A stretch of 55,339 nt of DNA from Deltaproteobacteria bacterium (GTDB lineage: Bacteria > Desulfobacterota > JACPFL01): positions 1-55,339 of the forward strand of contig JACPFL010000109.1 in NCBI GenBank assembly GCA_016183025.1, in the 5' to 3' direction. A program made the position numbers and the translations under genes. Positions 52,640-55,339 of the stretch are shown here, piece by piece (within the stretch, counting starts at the first letter, position 1; each line of letters starts with the position of its first letter). The notes beneath the pieces were generated by a model. It worked only from the letters and a program-made list of their open reading frames with translations, had not been told where the DNA came from and did no database searches.

Positions 52640-53422
52640 TCAGCAGCCCTTGAAGGCCGGCGGGCGCTTCTCCAGGAAGGCGGCGACCCCCTCCTCCTTG
52701 TCCGCCGTGGAGAAGCAGACCCCCCAGGCCTTGGCCTCCAGGGCCAGGCCGCTCTCCAGGCCCGCCCGCGAGCCCTCCTCGACCGCCTCTTTGGCCAGGC
52801 GCAGGGCCACCGGGGCCTTTGTGGCGAGCTTCTCGGCCAACGCCCGGACTTCGCCCTGGAGATCCGCGAGCGGCACGACCCGGCCCACCAGCCCGAGGCG
52901 GTAGGCCTCCCGCGCATCGATCAGATCCCCGGTGAAGATCAGCTCCTTCGCCCGCTGCTTCCCGACGAGGCGGGGGAGGCGCTGGGTGCCGCCGGCGCCG
53001 GGGATGATCCCCAGGTTGATCTCCGGCTGGCCGAACCGCGCCGTCTCGGCGGCGTAGATGATGTCGCAGGCCATCGCCAGCTCACACCCACCCCCGAGGG
53101 CAAAGCCGTTCACCGCCGCGATCACCGGCCTGCCCAGACGCTCCAGCCGGGTCACGAGGCCCTGGATGCGCTGCGAGTAGCGCACGGCCTGGGGCCCGGT
53201 CATCCCGCGGAAGTCGCCGATGTCGGCCCCGGCCATGAAGGCCTTCTCTCCGGCCCCGGTCAGGATCACGACCCGGACCGCATCCTCCCGCTCCACCCGG
53301 TCCAGCACCGCTTCGAGCTCCCCCTGCATCTCCAGGCTCATGGCGTTCAGGGCCTGCGGCCGGTTCAGGGTGATGGTGGCGATCCCGCCCGTCATATCGA
53401 GCAGCAGCGTCTTCAGCTCCAT
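52640..53422 (-). CDS. Enoyl-CoA hydratase/isomerase (crotonase) family protein (260 aa)
   Basis: ATG at 53422 after AGGAGG. 'ITLNRPQALNA', 'VVILTGAGEKAFMAGADI' and 'AAVNGFALGGGCELAMACD'. Confidence 0.92.
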   Translation of the reverse strand: MELKTLLLDMTGGIATITLNRPQALNAMSLEMQGELEAVLDRVEREDAVRVVILTGAGEKAFMAGADIGDFRGMTGPQAVRYSQRIQGLVTRLERLGRPVIAAVNGFALGGGCELAMACDIIYAAETARFGQPEINLGIIPGAGGTQRLPRLVGKQRAKELIFTGDLIDAREAYRLGLVGRVVPLADLQGEVRALAEKLATKAPVALRLAKEAVEEGSRAGLESGLALEAKAWGVCFSTADKEEGVAAFLEKRPPAFKGC

Positions 53423-53499
53423 CGTCCACCTCCTGCCCCCTGAACCGGGCCGTCGCCCGGCCTCGCTGACCGAGGGCCGCGGCCCCGGCGCCACTCCGG

Positions 53500-54973
53500 T
53501 CAGCCCCGATCGATCTGGGCCTTCTGGAGGCGGCCGCTGTAATCCACGTAGATGCTCTTCCACTCCGTGAAGACGTCCAGGACCTGCTCGCCCCCCTCGC
53601 GGTGCCCGTTGCCCGTGGCCCGCGTCCCCCCGAACGGCAGGTGGACCTCGGCCCTTCACGTACACGATCCCGGCATTGAACTCCCGCATCGCCTGGAAGG
53701 CCCGGTTCACGTCGCGCGTGTAGATGGAGGAGGAGAGCCCGTACTGGGTCCCGTTCACCACCTCCACCGCCTCGCGGAAGCTCGCCACCGGGATGATCGC
53801 CGTGACCGGTCCGAAGATCTCCTCCTGGGCGATGCGCATGGCCGGCTTGACGTTGGCGAAGACGGTGGGCTGGTAGAAGTACCCCCGCGCCAGCTCCCCC
53901 TCGGCGGCGACCTCGCCGCCGCAGAGCAGCTCGGCGCCCTCCTCCTGCCCGACCTTCACGTAGGAGTGGACGCGCTGGAGCTGGGCCTCGTTGATGAGCG
54001 GGCCCAGGTCGGTCTTCTCATCCAGGCCGTTGCCCAGGCGCAGCGTCCGGGCCCGGTCCACCAGACGGGCCGTGAACGCCTGGACGACATCGTGGTGGAC
54101 GATGATCCGGCTCCCGGCCGTGCAGCGCTGCCCCGAGGTGCCGAAGGCGCTCCAGACCGCGCCGTCCACCGCCAGGTCCAGGTCCGCATCCTCCATGACC
54201 ACGATGGGGTTCTTGCCGCCCATCTCCAGGGAGAGCCGCTTCAGGTCCCGCGCGCATTCCAGGGCGATGAGCCGGCCGGTCTCCGTCGAGCCGGTGAAGG
54301 AGATGAGGGCCACGTCCCGATGCCGGACGAGCGCGGCCCCGGCCTCCTCGCCGATGCCGAAGACCAGGTTGAGCACCCCGTCAGGGATCCCGGCCTCGAG
54401 CAGAATCTCGGCGAAGCGCAGCCCGCACAGCGGGGTGTCCTCGGCCGGCTTGAAGACCACCGTGTTCCCGCCCAGGAGCGCCGGGACGATCTTCCAGGAG
54501 GGGATGGCCATCGGGAAGTTCCAGGGGGTGATGATGCCGACGACCCCCACTGGCTCCCGGACCGTCATGGCGAACTTGTCGGGGAGCTCCGCCGGGGTGG
54601 TCTGACCGAGGAGCCGCCGCCCTTCCCCGGCGATGAAGTAGGTCATGTCGATGGCCTCCTGGACATCCCCCCGGGCCTCCTTCAGCACCTTCCCCATCTC
54701 CCGGACCATGAGCCGGGCCAGCTCCTCCTTCCGTCTCGTCAGGAGCTCGGCCGCGCGGAACAGGATCTCGGCCCGGCGCGGGGCCGGCACCCGGCGCCAC
54801 GAGGGGAAGGCCGCCACGGCGGCCGCCACCGCCTCCTCCACGTCCTTCCGGTTCGAGCGCGGGAAGGTGCCGAGGACCTCGGCCCGGTTGGCCGGGTCGA
54901 TGCTGTCGAAGGTGGCCCCCGTGCTCGCGTCGAGCCACTTCCCGCCGATGAGGTTCCTGAACTGCTCGCTCAT
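53500..54973 (-). pseudogene. Aldehyde dehydrogenase family gene with a 3n+2 deletion near the C-terminus
   Basis: ATG at 54973 after GGGGAGG. A normal ALDH sequence runs through 'FTGSTETG', 'EMGGKNP' and 'SGQRCTA' to 'NAGIVYV'. The frame then turns into an Arg/Gly/Pro-rich shadow, while the proper tail '[21 protein letters not shown]...LQKAQIDRG*' continues in another frame to 53500. The span is 1474 nt (mod 3 = 1). Confidence 0.75.
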
Positions 54974-55070
54974 GTTTCGCTCACCTCCCCTCCATCTCTC
55001 ACAACTATTCTTACCGTCGCTCGCGTCGAAGTCAAAAGGCTTTTGTCCGCGGGATGTTGGCACATTCCTG

Positions 55071-55099
55071 TTGACGGTCTCGGCCGGCTCGTCTATCGT
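55071..55099 (+). promoter_or_regulatory. Promoter TTGACG-17-TATCGT of the bactofilin gene
   Basis: Plus strand reads TTGACGgtctcggccggctcgtcTATCGT, about 58 nt upstream of the GTG. The GAGGAGG Shine-Dalgarno sits 7 nt before the start. Confidence 0.5.
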
Positions 55100-55157
55100 C
55101 AAAGAAGAACCTCGTTGAAACCGCGTCCATGTCCATCCCCCGAGAGGAGGTCCCATC

Positions 55158-55339
55158 GTGTTCCTGACACGTGTCGGCATGCGCTTGAAGCCGAGGGGGC
55201 ATGCCTTCTCATTCCTCCAGCAGGGGGCGGAGTTCACCGGCAAGCTCAGCTTCGACGGGATGGTCCGTATCGACGGGTCCTTCGAGGGTGAGATCACGGG
55301 GAGCGGGACGCTCATCGTCGGCGTGGGCGCGCGGGTCAG
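55158..55339 (+). CDS. Bactofilin (DUF583/CcmA) family protein, 5' part only (runs off the window)
   Basis: Manual translation gives 'VFLTRVGMRLKPRGHAFSFLQQGAEFTGKLSFDGMVRIDGSFEGEITGSGTLIVGVGARV', which shows the bactofilin beta-helix repeat pattern. It is not in the ORF track because it is truncated. Confidence 0.7.
   Translation, partial: MFLTRVGMRLKPRGHAFSFLQQGAEFTGKLSFDGMVRIDGSFEGEITGSGTLIVGVGARV

Noticed and set aside
1-55339. CRISPR arrays, tRNA/rRNA genes, transposases, integrases, reverse transcriptases and other mobile-element or defence hallmarks.
   Set aside because: Intergenic gaps are short (all under 330 nt) and I inspected them. There are no regularly spaced repeats and no cloverleaf-like sequences. 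No ORF has recognisable DDE, tyrosine or serine recombinase, or RT motifs.

Overview
High-GC (about 70%) bacterial chromosomal fragment, with roughly 55 of about 60 genes on the minus strand. I recognised no rRNA, tRNA, CRISPR array, transposase or integrase.

Four blocks:
1. 1-4.3 kb: a lower-GC accessory islet. It holds three type II toxin-antitoxin modules (ParE/antitoxin, BrnT/antitoxin, HigB-like/HTH antitoxin), an orphan family-3 solute-binding protein and two unassignable ORFs.
2. 4.3-31.5 kb: 28 co-directional genes forming a catabolic supercluster.
   - Three xanthine-dehydrogenase-family molybdenum hydroxylase sets, with four large subunits in total.
   - A NicX-like 2,5-dihydroxypyridine dioxygenase and two decarboxylase-type proteins.
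   - An LLM flavin oxidoreductase, a 4-oxalocrotonate tautomerase and an amidohydrolase.
   - Two adjacent heme-oxygenase-like (TenA/PqqC/CADD-fold) proteins.
   - A Liv-type ABC system with a duplicated ATPase pair, plus permease-less NitT/TauT-type parts.
   - I read this as an N-heteroaromatic (pyridine-carboxylate-like) degradation pathway with a non-canonical lower half.
3. 31.8-41.6 kb: an envelope glycosylation island. Two YfhO-type GT-C membrane proteins lie in inverted orientation around a GtrB/CsbB-like polyprenyl-phosphate glycosyltransferase and three NDP-sugar genes. A second GT2 lies alongside.
4. 41.6-55.3 kb: core metabolism. This includes an opine-dehydrogenase-family gene, a folD-metF-gcvT-gcvH-gcvPA-gcvPB operon, an SDR, two FmdB zinc-ribbon genes, yggU/yggT/proC, enoyl-CoA hydratase plus aldehyde dehydrogenase, and a partial bactofilin.

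Three genes are visibly disrupted:
- The HigB-like toxin has one extra nt right after its ATG.
- The second yfhO has a 14-nt tandem duplication.
- The aldehyde dehydrogenase has a 3n+2 deletion that removes a conserved loop.

Several sigma70-like promoters are readable, and three of them imply leaderless or near-leaderless mRNAs. The many long plus-strand ORFs in the track are antisense shadows of the high-GC minus-strand genes.
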